Position numbers and translations under genes: made by a program
Shown here: one piece after another, positions 1 to 9,547 of the stretch
How the letters are laid out: every line of letters begins with the position of its first letter
Position numbering within the stretch: position 1 is the stretch's first letter
Notes under the pieces: model-generated
Told to the model about the DNA's origin: nothing
What the model saw: only the letters and a program-made list of their open reading frames with translations
Database searches by the model: none
Source of the DNA: Promethearchaeota archaeon Loki_b32
GTDB lineage: Archaea; Asgardarchaeota; Lokiarchaeia; Sigyniarchaeales; SOKP01
Direction: 5' to 3'
DNA length: 64,000 bases
NCBI GenBank assembly: GCA_005223125.1
Contig: NJBH01000011.1
Location: 32,001 to 96,000 of the forward strand

Positions 1-276
1 TTTCATAGAATAAGAATATTAGGAAGCTGTGCTTTAACCTTATGTCAAATAGCAAGTGGTAATATGGAAGCCTTCATCAACTTGAGAGAAAGTAACCGTT
101 TAGTAGATGTGGCTGCTGGAATGCTAATTCTTAAAGAAGCTGGGGGAGAGATCTTCTCTTTAAATGGAGGTAATATTGATATTGAACTATCTATAGATGC
201 GAAGTTTCCATTTATAGCTTGCAATGCTGTATTGGTTTCACTTTTAAAAGAAGAATTAAAGTTAAAAAAATGTTAA
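1..276 (+). CDS. Inositol monophosphatase/FBPase family protein, C-terminal part (5' end outside window)
   Basis: Frame 1 is open from base 1: FHRIRILGSCALTLCQIASG...DVAAGMLILKEAGG, the C-terminal motifs of the IMPase family. Confidence 0.8.
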   Translation, partial: FHRIRILGSCALTLCQIASGNMEAFINLRESNRLVDVAAGMLILKEAGGEIFSLNGGNIDIELSIDAKFPFIACNAVLVSLLKEELKLKKC

Positions 277-342
277 TTAGAGATATTTCGTTCATGACTT
301 TTTACTAAAATTATTTATAATAATTTATATAAATATTTACTA

Positions 343-1503
343 ATGAATTCAAGAGAAAGAGTAAAAATTACTTTAAATCATGAAGAACCAGATATGGTTC
401 CAATTGATTTAGGTGGGCATCAATCTGGAATTCATATAAAAGCATACAAAAAGCTATTAGATTATCTGGAAATTAAAAATAGCGATATTCAGTACTGTGA
501 TTTTGTCCAACAAATAGCATTACCATGTGAAGAATTATTGGAGAGTTTCAATGTGGATATAAGATATGTCCGCCCTTTAGGTGGGATGGTAAATGTAAAT
601 GACTTCCAGCCACAATATGAGGGAAAATACGTAGGAGTCTACGATCAATTTGGCTGTTTTTGGGGAAATGACGCAAACAAAGATTTAGATGAAATTTTAT
701 ATTATGATCCTGTTATTCATCCATTTGCTGATTTTAAAGCTGTTCAAGAGATTGAAAATTATGATTGGCCAAATGGAAAAGATAAAACTCCATTTAAAGA
801 ATTAAGGGAGTATGCAAAAAAATTGCGCGAAACTACTAATTATGCTTTATCAACACCTCCTACGGGATGCGTATATGAATATACTACTTTTCTTTTTGGT
901 TTTACAAAAGTACTAAGATTTTTACATCCAAAACCAGAATTAATTGTTGCTGCTATGGAAGGGCTTTTGAAATACTGGATTGAATATAACATAACTTTTT
1001 TAAAGGAAGTAGGTGAATTTTTAGATGTTATTTGTGTTAATGGAGATTTAGCTGAACAAACAGGGCCAATTATGAACTTGAAAATATATGAACAAATTAT
1101 AAAACCAGTCGAGAAAAAACTATCAAAAAAAATACATGAGCTAGCAGATGTTAAGATAAATTATCATTGTTGTGGCTCTACTCCTTTATTCATCCCCCAT
1201 TGGGCAGAAATCGGGTATGATATCTATAACCCTGTTCAAATTTCCGCTTATGATATGGAACCATGTAGTTTGAAAAAACGCTTTGGAAACATGATTACTT
1301 TTTGGGGAGGTATGTGCAATACACAAGGAACACTTCCTTTTGGGACTCCTAAAGAAATAAAACAAGAAGTTAAGAGAAATTTTGAGTGTTTCAAACCTGG
1401 TGGTGGATATATAGCAGCAAATATTCATAATATTACTGCAGAAGTTCCACCTCAGAATATTGTAGCTATGTTTGATGCTGCTAATGAATTTAGGAACTAT
1501 TAG
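343..1503 (+). CDS. Uroporphyrinogen decarboxylase-like (URO-D/MtaA-CmuA superfamily) protein
   Basis: MNSRERV..LNHEEPD N-terminus, HCCG metal motif, FWGG, PGGGYI...HNI...PPQNI C-terminus. Confidence 0.85.
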   Translation: MNSRERVKITLNHEEPDMVPIDLGGHQSGIHIKAYKKLLDYLEIKNSDIQYCDFVQQIALPCEELLESFNVDIRYVRPLGGMVNVNDFQPQYEGKYVGVYDQFGCFWGNDANKDLDEILYYDPVIHPFADFKAVQEIENYDWPNGKDKTPFKELREYAKKLRETTNYALSTPPTGCVYEYTTFLFGFTKVLRFLHPKPELIVAAMEGLLKYWIEYNITFLKEVGEFLDVICVNGDLAEQTGPIMNLKIYEQIIKPVEKKLSKKIHELADVKINYHCCGSTPLFIPHWAEIGYDIYNPVQISAYDMEPCSLKKRFGNMITFWGGMCNTQGTLPFGTPKEIKQEVKRNFECFKPGGGYIAANIHNITAEVPPQNIVAMFDAANEFRNY

Positions 1504-1531
1504 ATATAATTAAATTGATATCTTAAAAATT

Positions 1532-2707
1532 TCAATCTGGTATATTAATAGGATAATTTCCATACTTTCTTTTAATATTTTGCATTGCCTCAAAATGTTC
1601 TACAGGTATAACTGGATTTATTGAGTGACCAGAAGCAAAAATATAGCCTCCTCCAGGTGCTAATTCACGAATTAATTGTTTTGCATAAGTTTCAATTTCA
1701 TAGATCTCTCCATAAGCTAACATTATTGGACTTACATTTCCACAGAATGTAATTTTATCTCCATATTTTTTATGTAATTCAAAAATATCATAATCTGGAT
1801 TTGCAGTAGTTGATTCAACTGGATTTATTACATCTACTCCACACGCAACTATATCTTCAAAGATTTCAAGTAGATCACCATCAGAATGTAGAAATATTTT
1901 ACAATCTTGTTTATGAGCTGCATTACAAATACGTTTCAGCCAAGGAAAAACATAAGTCTTGTAATTTCTTGGACTCATGAATAAACCATTTTTAAACCCA
2001 TAATCATCGTAGAGAAGTATTAATTGAGCGTCATTTTCGGCTAATATCTTTACAATTTCTAAAGTAAACTTACCTCGATCATCAAATACTTTTTTTGCTT
2101 GCTTTTGTTTTGCTAATATTCTTACAAAGTTTTCTAATCCAAAACCTTGCCAGGAACATTCCATCAAAGCACCCGTAGATGGAATCGAGAACACATCATT
2201 ATTTAATTCCTCTTGTGCTTGCCGTCCTGCTAAAAAATTATTTAACCTAGCTTCCCAATAAGGATCTAAAGGTTCCCAGCTTTCATAATCATCAAAATCT
2301 TTAAAGTATCCTCCATGATATCCCAAAATAACTGTTTTATCTTTTTCATAAACTTCAAACTTCATAATACGTCCATATTCATCAATATAACCTTCACCAC
2401 TTTCTAAAAGTATACGCGGATATATTGAAGCAAAGCTAACTACAATATCTATTTCAGCTCGGCGGAAAAATTCGTAAGATTTAAGATTACCCCTTTTGAG
2501 TATTTCTATATTTTTTATACCTTTTAAATAAAGCTCTTGTCCAGCTTTACCTAATTTACTTAACTTTGCTAGAATATCTCTAAAACCTTGATCAGTTGGA
2601 AGATTGTAATGATTAATTATTGAATTATTAGAGATAATTTCAAAAGCAGGAACTCTATCAGGTTCTTCATGATTTATTACTTTTAAAACTCTTTCTGGTG
2701 CTTTAAT
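1532..2707 (-). CDS. URO-D-like protein; frame extends 114 codons upstream of the ORF-track ATG to a probable ATT start
   Basis: HSDG, PGGGYIFASGHSI motifs; upstream in-frame sequence IKAPERVLKVINHEEPDRVP matches the N-terminus of the neighbouring paralog (MNSRERVKITLNHEEPDMVP). Confidence 0.8.
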   Translation of the reverse strand: MKAPERVLKVINHEEPDRVPAFEIISNNSIINHYNLPTDQGFRDILAKLSKLGKAGQELYLKGIKNIEILKRGNLKSYEFFRRAEIDIVVSFASIYPRILLESGEGYIDEYGRIMKFEVYEKDKTVILGYHGGYFKDFDDYESWEPLDPYWEARLNNFLAGRQAQEELNNDVFSIPSTGALMECSWQGFGLENFVRILAKQKQAKKVFDDRGKFTLEIVKILAENDAQLILLYDDYGFKNGLFMSPRNYKTYVFPWLKRICNAAHKQDCKIFLHSDGDLLEIFEDIVACGVDVINPVESTTANPDYDIFELHKKYGDKITFCGNVSPIMLAYGEIYEIETYAKQLIRELAPGGGYIFASGHSINPVIPVEHFEAMQNIKRKYGNYPINIPD

Positions 2708-2807
2708 TTCATATCCCCGAAATCTTTAATTTATACTTAATTATAATTTATGTTACAAGTATTTTTTTTGTAAATAAAAGGTTATTCTCAAAAAAAGCTG
2801 TGGTTTC

Positions 2808-3413
2808 ATGACTGAGTTGAAACGATTAAGCAGAGAATTTTTTACGAAAGATACAAAAAATGTTGCAAGAGAATTATTAGGAAATTATTTAGTTAGAGAA
2901 ACAGAAAAGGGACATATGATTGGGAAAATTTTGGAGGTAGAAGCTTATCTAGGTCCTGATGATAAAGCAAGTCATTCTTATAATTATAGGAAAACGGAGA
3001 GAACAAAAGTCATGTATATGAAACCTGGAACTCTTTATATTTATTTGATATATGGATTATACTATTGTTTAAACGTTATAACCGAGCCAGAACAAATGCC
3101 CTGTGCTGTATTGATCCGGCAACTCTTTCCTATTGATGGAATTGAATTAATGATTGCCAATAGAAATGTTAAAATTGGAAAAAAGTTTAAAAATTTAACA
3201 GATGGTCCGGAAAAGCTTTGTATTGCATTAGATATTACCAAAGATAAATTTAATGGTAAAGATTCATGTTCATTGGAATCAAAATTATATTTTGCTCAAG
3301 GAGAGAAAATCCTAAAAGAAAAAATCTTATTTAATAAGAGAATAGGAGTTGGTTATGCTGAAGAAGATAAAGGCCGTCTTTTACGGTTTACTATAAAAAA
3401 CGAAATTGCATAA
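2808..3413 (+). CDS. DNA-3-methyladenine glycosylase (AAG/MPG family)
   Basis: VARELLG, I.EVEAYLG..D.ASH, YIYLIYG.Y.CLNV, AVLIR, GPEKLC, RIGV motifs. Confidence 0.92.
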   Translation: MTELKRLSREFFTKDTKNVARELLGNYLVRETEKGHMIGKILEVEAYLGPDDKASHSYNYRKTERTKVMYMKPGTLYIYLIYGLYYCLNVITEPEQMPCAVLIRQLFPIDGIELMIANRNVKIGKKFKNLTDGPEKLCIALDITKDKFNGKDSCSLESKLYFAQGEKILKEKILFNKRIGVGYAEEDKGRLLRFTIKNEIA

Positions 3414-3563
3414 ATTTTTTCATAATTTCTTTTTTTTCATAATACAAATTTGACATTAATGGATAAATTTATATATCTGTATTCTTCGTCTTTCTATGTA
3501 AGTTAGGGTTTAAGGTAACATATTTTAAAGAGAAATTACTGAATATTATACTGAGGTGATTTT

Positions 3564-4025
3564 ATCCCTAAGGACGCATTAAAGTTTTTTCACGCATATG
3601 TTAAAGAAATGATTGATATAGGTGGGAGTAATTTACCAAAAGCAATTTCTACTAAATCTGGGTCAAAACTGGGAAAATTATATAAAGAAAGAGGATTAAC
3701 TGTAGATATCGGGATTGCTTTAAAACAAGTATATTCTGCACTTAAAGCAAAACCATTGATAAAAAAACTAAATGATGATACATATGAAGTGATTATTAGA
3801 TACTCAAAAAAATTCTGCCCTATAGGAGGGGCTCATAATCCCTCCCGAGCTCCGATTTTTCAAGAGAATATTTGTATTCCTTATACACGGGGTTTTTTAA
3901 ATGAACTTTTTCCACAATTTACGTTTGAAGCAGAAATTTTAAATTGTATACCACTTAATAATCAACATACTTGCCATTACATTCTAAAAATCAAAAATAA
4001 GAAGAATACAGATCACATAACTTGA
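3564..4025 (+). CDS. V4R/MetOD1-like Cys-containing small protein, paralog 1 of 3 (probable ATC start)
   Basis: FCPIGG...ICIPY...NC...TC; IPKDALKFFHAYVKE upstream of ATG 3609 aligns to paralog N-termini; GAGGTGA at 3553-3559. Confidence 0.65.
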   Translation: MPKDALKFFHAYVKEMIDIGGSNLPKAISTKSGSKLGKLYKERGLTVDIGIALKQVYSALKAKPLIKKLNDDTYEVIIRYSKKFCPIGGAHNPSRAPIFQENICIPYTRGFLNELFPQFTFEAEILNCIPLNNQHTCHYILKIKNKKNTDHIT

Positions 4026-4106
4026 CTTGAAGGTTTTTTCTAATTCAATTCATGAAATTTTTCTTTAAAAATCTTAGAAACGCTCCTTTCCTTTTTTATT
4101 ATCAAA

Positions 4107-4151
4107 TAAATAATTCTGATAACAAGTCTTAAATAATTTAAAGTGGAGATT
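4107..4151 (+). promoter_or_regulatory. Duplicated upstream element (second copy at 4781-4825) in front of paralogs 2 and 3
   Basis: 40/45 identity between the two copies; contains a TTAAATA TATA-like box. Confidence 0.6.
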
Positions 4152-4196
4152 AATCTAGATTTTTCTTAATTATTTTAAAATATACATCTCAAACTT

Positions 4197-4655
4197 ATGT
4201 CAAAAAATAAGGATTCTTTAAAGTTCTTTCAAGCATACATTAAAGAAATGATCGATATTGGAGGAAAAAATTTACCAAAAGCCATCTCTAGTAAATCGGG
4301 GGCAAAATTAGGAAAAATGTATAAAGGAAGAGGATTAACTTTGGATATTGGAGCTGCATTAAAACAAATTTATACTGCATTGAATGGAAAACCAGTGATA
4401 AAACAATTAGATGAGAATAGATATGAAGTAATCGTAAAATTTGCAAAGAAATTTTGTCCAATCGGGGGTTCAAACAATCCATCTCGAGCTTCAATTTTTC
4501 AAGAAAACATTTGTATTCCCTACATGCGAGGATTTTTAAATGAGATTTTTCCCCAATTCACGTTCGGAGAAGATATCTTAAATTGTATTCCCCTGAATAA
4601 TCAAAAGACTTGCCATTTTATTTTAAAGATCAAAAATAAACAACATATCAGTTAG
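4197..4655 (+). CDS. V4R/MetOD1-like small protein, paralog 2 of 3
   Basis: Very similar to 3564-4025, same four cysteines; fold assignment is inference. Confidence 0.65.
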   Translation: MSKNKDSLKFFQAYIKEMIDIGGKNLPKAISSKSGAKLGKMYKGRGLTLDIGAALKQIYTALNGKPVIKQLDENRYEVIVKFAKKFCPIGGSNNPSRASIFQENICIPYMRGFLNEIFPQFTFGEDILNCIPLNNQKTCHFILKIKNKQHIS

Positions 4656-4868
4656 TTATCATGTAAATTTTACAAGGATAATAATTTTATAGTAAAATAA
4701 AATTAGGGTATTTCCTAATTCACTTTATAAACTCTTTTATTTAAATCTTGAAAGCTCTAAATATTTGATTTATTTTCAATTAAATAATTCTTATAAAAAG
4801 TCTTAAATACTTTAATGTTGAGATTTAACTATATTTTACTTTATCAATAAAATAAACACAATAATAAA

Positions 4869-5327
4869 ATGCAAAAAAATAGAGATGCTTTAAAATTCTT
4901 TCAGGCGTATATTAAGGAAATGATTGATGTCGGTGGTATTAATCTTCCTAAATCGATCTCTGCCAGCTTAGGTGCCAAATTGGGTAAATTATTAAAACGA
5001 CGCGGAATATCTGGATTAGAGAATACTCTAAAAAGAATATATAATGTTCTTAATGCTAAGACTCAGATAAAAACAATAGATGATAATACTATGGAAATAA
5101 CTTTGCGTTATCGATCACGTTTCTGTCCTCTTGGAGGAGAATATAACCCTGATAGGGCTGAACTTATTCAAAATACAATATGTATCCCTTATACAGTAGC
5201 AATTTTGAATATTTCTCATCCTGAGTATAAATATAGTGCCAAAATAATGGAATGTATTCTTAATTCCAATCAAAAAAATTGTAAATATCGACTAGTAAAA
5301 GAACTGAAAAGCATTGACAATAATTGA
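4869..5327 (+). CDS. V4R/MetOD1-like small protein, paralog 3 of 3
   Basis: LKFFQAYIKEMIDVGG, FCPLGG, ICIPY, EC...NC retained; most diverged copy. Confidence 0.65.
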   Translation: MQKNRDALKFFQAYIKEMIDVGGINLPKSISASLGAKLGKLLKRRGISGLENTLKRIYNVLNAKTQIKTIDDNTMEITLRYRSRFCPLGGEYNPDRAELIQNTICIPYTVAILNISHPEYKYSAKIMECILNSNQKNCKYRLVKELKSIDNN

Positions 5328-5342
5328 GGAGGTTTTAAAAAA

Positions 5343-5650
5343 CCTGAACCTCGATGTCAATCCTAATATTATGACCAAATTATCTCATACCCCTCCACTG
5401 CCTTAACCATGAAGCGTGAACACCTATAGTTACGAATGCTTCCTCCCGGACCTGTTCGGGTTTCTAATTACGAGCTTATACCTTTCCTACAAAAGGTACT
5501 ACTCTGACACCCACCATCATGGGGACAGCTTCGACGGAATACAAGATTGGATAATATTACTCATGAGAACTGAATTCAGGCAATTTCCACTATTGAGCAT
5601 TTTGTGGTCGACCCAGCAAGGGGCTTCAAGCATTGCCCAAGTTGCTCGAT
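5343..5650 (-). ncRNA. ffs: Archaeal signal recognition particle (7S) RNA
   Basis: Minus strand has helix 8 CAGGTCC-GGGA-GGAAGCA (5437-5454), helix 6 TACCTTTT-GTAG-GAAAGGTA with GNAR loop (5479-5498), CCTGAATT/GGTTCAGG long-range pairing, ~310 nt, T-run after the 3' end; ends approximate. Confidence 0.88.
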
Positions 5651-5740
5651 AATTTTAAAGTATTATTAAATATTAAATTTTTCATTTTCAAAAAATTGGT
5701 TGAATTCTCCTAATTATCAAATAAATCATGAAGTATCGAT

Positions 5741-5905
5741 TTATTTTCTCGAAATAATTTCTTTTTTAATCTCTCTTCTTCTAATTATTGAGAGAAACTC
5801 TTTTGTATCCGGAAAGACGTAAATAAGATCTTCACCATCATCCTCTATAGTAATCTCTTTATAAAATTTCCCTTTAACCTTAGTATTTAAATCATTCAAA
5901 ATCAT
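5741..5905 (-). CDS. Small hypothetical protein (54 aa)
   Basis: ATG-initiated ORF MILNDLNTKVKGKFYKEITIEDDGEDLIYVFPDTKEFLSIIRRREIKKEIISRK, below the track cutoff. Confidence 0.45.
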   Translation of the reverse strand: MILNDLNTKVKGKFYKEITIEDDGEDLIYVFPDTKEFLSIIRRREIKKEIISRK

Positions 5906-6000
5906 GAATTAAAAATACAAGATAAAGATTCATAAAAACGTATAGCACGGTGATAATATGAAGATTATTAGAAAAAGAGAGACTGAAAATAAAGATTATA

Positions 6001-6858
6001 TTAGTTTACGAGGATTTGATCTAAAAATGTTTTTATTTGATGATTAGCAGATTTTCCATGATTAAATAAACCATTTAGATAACCATTAAAGAAAACCTTA
6101 ATTTCAGAGTTAAGATCTTTTATGTCAGCATAATTATATTGTGATTTTAATTTCTTACCATTAACTATTGGTTTTACATGTTTTTCAATTAAACTCAATG
6201 TAAAATTCACGACTGCATGATTGACATTTTCTTTATCATCAGAAGATAACTCATAATTTCCTTGAATAGTATGTTTTCTAATTTCGTTTAATTCTAATAA
6301 CAATTTCTCTAAATCTGATGATAATTTCAATAGTTTTATTTTTGAAGATAAATCTTCACCATTATTATTGGGAAGTTGAGCATCGCAATATTTCTCTATA
6401 TTCGCATAGAATCGGACTAAAAGCTTAAATGTGTCTTTAATTTCATACATACTTTCCCAAATATTTAGATCTATACCAGTAAGAGATTTTTTAATATTAG
6501 CTTTAACTTTTTCAATAACTCCTGATAAATACTGTGAATAATCCTCAAATGGAAACCCAAAATAATAATTATTATATTTTTCTTTAATATCTTTATTTGT
6601 TAAACTCTGAGATTGGATTTTTTCTTTTTTCACGACTTCTTTCATAAATCTTAATACGAAATTACAATTAGGACAGTAAGTAATCCAAGAGCTGAGAATG
6701 ACTTCGGGGGGCTTTACTCCACTAGAACTTATATATCCATTAAAACCTGACAATAATCCTCCATTTGAAGAAGTAAAAGTGGCTTCCTCAGGGTAAAAAG
6801 TCCTTGGAATAAATTTAATACTGCATAGTGGGCATTTTAGTTTTTCTTTTTTATTCAT
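6001..6858 (-). CDS. Hypothetical protein with N-terminal zinc ribbon and a possible degenerate HEPN/DUF4145-like helical region
   Basis: CPLC...CPNC; LNEIRKHTIQG resembles a degraded RxxxxH helix. Confidence 0.55.
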   Translation of the reverse strand: MNKKEKLKCPLCSIKFIPRTFYPEEATFTSSNGGLLSGFNGYISSSGVKPPEVILSSWITYCPNCNFVLRFMKEVVKKEKIQSQSLTNKDIKEKYNNYYFGFPFEDYSQYLSGVIEKVKANIKKSLTGIDLNIWESMYEIKDTFKLLVRFYANIEKYCDAQLPNNNGEDLSSKIKLLKLSSDLEKLLLELNEIRKHTIQGNYELSSDDKENVNHAVVNFTLSLIEKHVKPIVNGKKLKSQYNYADIKDLNSEIKVFFNGYLNGLFNHGKSANHQIKTFLDQILVN

Positions 6859-7067
6859 GACTCTTCAAAAAATGTAATTATGTATCCAATAATTGATTAT
6901 ACAATAACACAATTGCTAGTATAATTGGTTCTATAAATACAAGAATAATATGTAGACCATATTCCTTTGAATTAGTCTATTAATAAAAATACAAAAAAAA
7001 AGTAACATTAATAGTTATCACATTATAAGCATAATAATAGAAGAAATTTATATGGAAAAATTCCAAA

Positions 7068-8174
7068 ATGTCAGAAGATATAGTATATGTGGATGCTAAC
7101 ACTCTTGAAAATTTTATGAGAGATGTTTTTATAGGACTTGGTGTCCCAGAGGAAGATGCTACTATCATTGCTGATGTATTAATTACATCAGATAAAAGAG
7201 GTATAGATTCACATGGGATACAGCGGTGTAAAATGTATTATGACCGTATTAAGGAAGGAATTTATGAAGCAATTACAAAAATTGATATTATAAAAGAGGG
7301 CCCTACTACAGCTCTTTTAGATGGAAATTGTGGAATAGGTCATGTAATAGCTCATAAGGCAATGAAGATGGCAATCGAAAAAGCAAAAAAGTATGGATTA
7401 GGAGCAGTAGCAGTAAAGAATTCTACTCATTTTGGCATTGCAGGCTATTATTCGCTTATGGCAATAGAAGAAGGTATGATTGGGATAACAGTTACCAATG
7501 CAAGACCCTCTATACCCCCCACATTCGGATGTGAACCAATGTTAGGAACAAATCCTTTGACTGTTGGAGCTCCTACTGATGAGAAATTCCCTTTTCTAAT
7601 TGATTGTGCCACATCAATTATTCAAAGAGGAAAAGTTGAAATTAACGCTCGGATTAATAAACCACTTCCAGAAAATACTGTAATAGATGATAAAGGTGAG
7701 ATCATGACTGATCCTAATAAGATATTAGACGAAATGCTAGAAAGAAAAGCATCTTTATTGCCATTAGGAGGAAAAGGTGAAGAAACAGCGGGTTACAAAG
7801 GATATGGTTATGCAACAGTTGTAGAACTTCTTTCAGCCGCCTTACAAGATGGAATTTACTTGCGAGATACACTAGGAATAGTTGAAGATAATCAAAAAAG
7901 ACTAAAGGTAGGTCATTTTTTTCTAGCAATTAATGCAGAAAGCTTTATTGGAGGGGATTCATTCAAAAAAACTGCTGGTAACATAATGAGGGATTTGAGG
8001 GGGTCAAGAAAGATTCCTGGAGTTGGGCGGATTTACACAGCGGGAGAAAAAGAATACATAGCAGAAAATGAGAGAAAAAAATCTGGTATCCCTCTTAATA
8101 AAAGTCTACAAAATGATATTAAAATCATGCAAAACGAACTCGGGCTAAAAAAACATAAATTTCCTTTTTCTTAG
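7068..8174 (+). CDS. Ldh_2-family (class 2 malate/L-lactate/sulfolactate) dehydrogenase
   Basis: RGIDSHG, NSTHFGIAGYY, LGTNP, DCATS, LLPLGG, YKGYG motifs. Confidence 0.92.
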   Translation: MSEDIVYVDANTLENFMRDVFIGLGVPEEDATIIADVLITSDKRGIDSHGIQRCKMYYDRIKEGIYEAITKIDIIKEGPTTALLDGNCGIGHVIAHKAMKMAIEKAKKYGLGAVAVKNSTHFGIAGYYSLMAIEEGMIGITVTNARPSIPPTFGCEPMLGTNPLTVGAPTDEKFPFLIDCATSIIQRGKVEINARINKPLPENTVIDDKGEIMTDPNKILDEMLERKASLLPLGGKGEETAGYKGYGYATVVELLSAALQDGIYLRDTLGIVEDNQKRLKVGHFFLAINAESFIGGDSFKKTAGNIMRDLRGSRKIPGVGRIYTAGEKEYIAENERKKSGIPLNKSLQNDIKIMQNELGLKKHKFPFS

Positions 8175-8298
8175 TTTTTATTAGTATTAAGGAATCTATA
8201 TTACTTTTTGTATAATCCAAGAAAACAATTACATATTTCTAAATTATTATTTTTAACAAGTGCTAAAATTTTTATATTAGTTAACTAATCTATAAGTT

Positions 8299-8461
8299 AT
8301 GGGCAAAAATTTTGTTGAAAAGCCTTGTATAATATATAATGGCTCCTGTCAATCCCCTGGATTTTTGTCTTTTGGTTGTTGTGTAATTAATTACACACAA
8401 GAATAACCTACTCTGCCTTTTGAAATTTTATGCCTCTCATTGAGGCTTGTTGGCAGGAGCT
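8299..8461 (+). ncRNA. Candidate structured RNA / micropeptide transcript, copy 1 (sORF 8299-8406)
   Basis: Closing stem 8341-8352/8450-8461, hairpins 8380-8397 and 8432-8446, 22-nt core 8355-8376 identical to copy 2, TTTATA at 8271. Confidence 0.65.
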
Positions 8462-8540
8462 ACCTTTATTAATTTGAACTTTAGAACTATTTTAAAGTTA
8501 AAAAAGAAGATCTAAATCTCTATAAACGCTATTATTATCT

Positions 8541-9386
8541 CTATAGTAAAAGAAAAGTTCCTAACAGATATGTATCTAAATTCAAATCTTTTAAGAGTTT
8601 CATATTGTTATAAAGATAAGCATAAATATTTTCCTCGCTAAAATATTTAAAACAAGAGTTGTTCCCTTTTACTTCCCTTAAGATATTTACAATTTGAGTA
8701 AGTATCATTTTTAGATTTTTAATAACCAAATTAGTATCACTTTTAATTAGATTAATGTCTTTAATGTTAAACCATGATTCTTTGCTAAAAGAAATATTCT
8801 TTAACTCTGGTTTATTTTGAAAATCTTCATGGTTTTTGAAATTTTTACAAAAGTATTCAATTTTGTTTAGAATTAAACTTTTAGATTTACTATACATTTT
8901 ATTTTCAATAATATTTCTTAACATTATAAGGATTTTTTGAAAGATACCCAAAATATCAAAAAAATCAGCTACTTGTGCCAGATCTTCCACTTCTCCCCAT
9001 TGACTATAATAATCTTCGATTTCGTTAAGAAATGGCAAGAATACATTAATATCTCCGTCCCAAGTATGTCCTTTTTTTTCCCATACAGGATCAAATTCTT
9101 TTATAAAAGCATTTTTAATGACATTTAATCGTCCTAAAAGAAGCTCAGTCTTTATATGTTTTGTATCAGCTGCAACAAAAAGTAGATTATATTTTTCTTC
9201 TAATATATAAACCCACCTTAAACCTCCCATTTCTATAGAATCCAATGATTCTTTAAATTCAACCATTGAAAAGTGATGAAATGCTGTTAAAAACCCAGAA
9301 ACAATATCTTCATCAGCATCCGTTTTCAAAAAAGATCTATATAATAATTTAACTCCAGATTCGGCATCTAATATCCAAATTATCAT
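8541..9386 (-). CDS. Longin-like domain protein
   Basis: N-terminal IWILDAESGVKLL...DIVSGFLTAF..FS...LDSIEMGG...LLFVAA pattern typical of Asgard longin-like domains. Confidence 0.65.
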   Translation of the reverse strand: MIIWILDAESGVKLLYRSFLKTDADEDIVSGFLTAFHHFSMVEFKESLDSIEMGGLRWVYILEEKYNLLFVAADTKHIKTELLLGRLNVIKNAFIKEFDPVWEKKGHTWDGDINVFLPFLNEIEDYYSQWGEVEDLAQVADFFDILGIFQKILIMLRNIIENKMYSKSKSLILNKIEYFCKNFKNHEDFQNKPELKNISFSKESWFNIKDINLIKSDTNLVIKNLKMILTQIVNILREVKGNNSCFKYFSEENIYAYLYNNMKLLKDLNLDTYLLGTFLLL

Positions 9387-9547
9387 ATTACGAATGAAAA
9401 AAAATAGCTTCTCTTTAGGAGATAAATATATTACTCTTTTAAATTATTTCTAAATATCTTTAGAAAAAAAATATAGGGTTTATATACATTGAAGCGTCAG
9501 TAATTATATTTTATACATTGCCTTTTGAAATTGCTACATCACATTCT

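Noticed and set aside
5416-5652. 78-aa ORF
   Set aside because: Antisense to the SRP RNA; no protein motifs
8341-8461. MITE interpretation of the terminal inverted repeat
   Set aside because: No target duplication, ends differ between the two copies while the interior core is identical, and there is no similarity to the IS ends at 23716/25372
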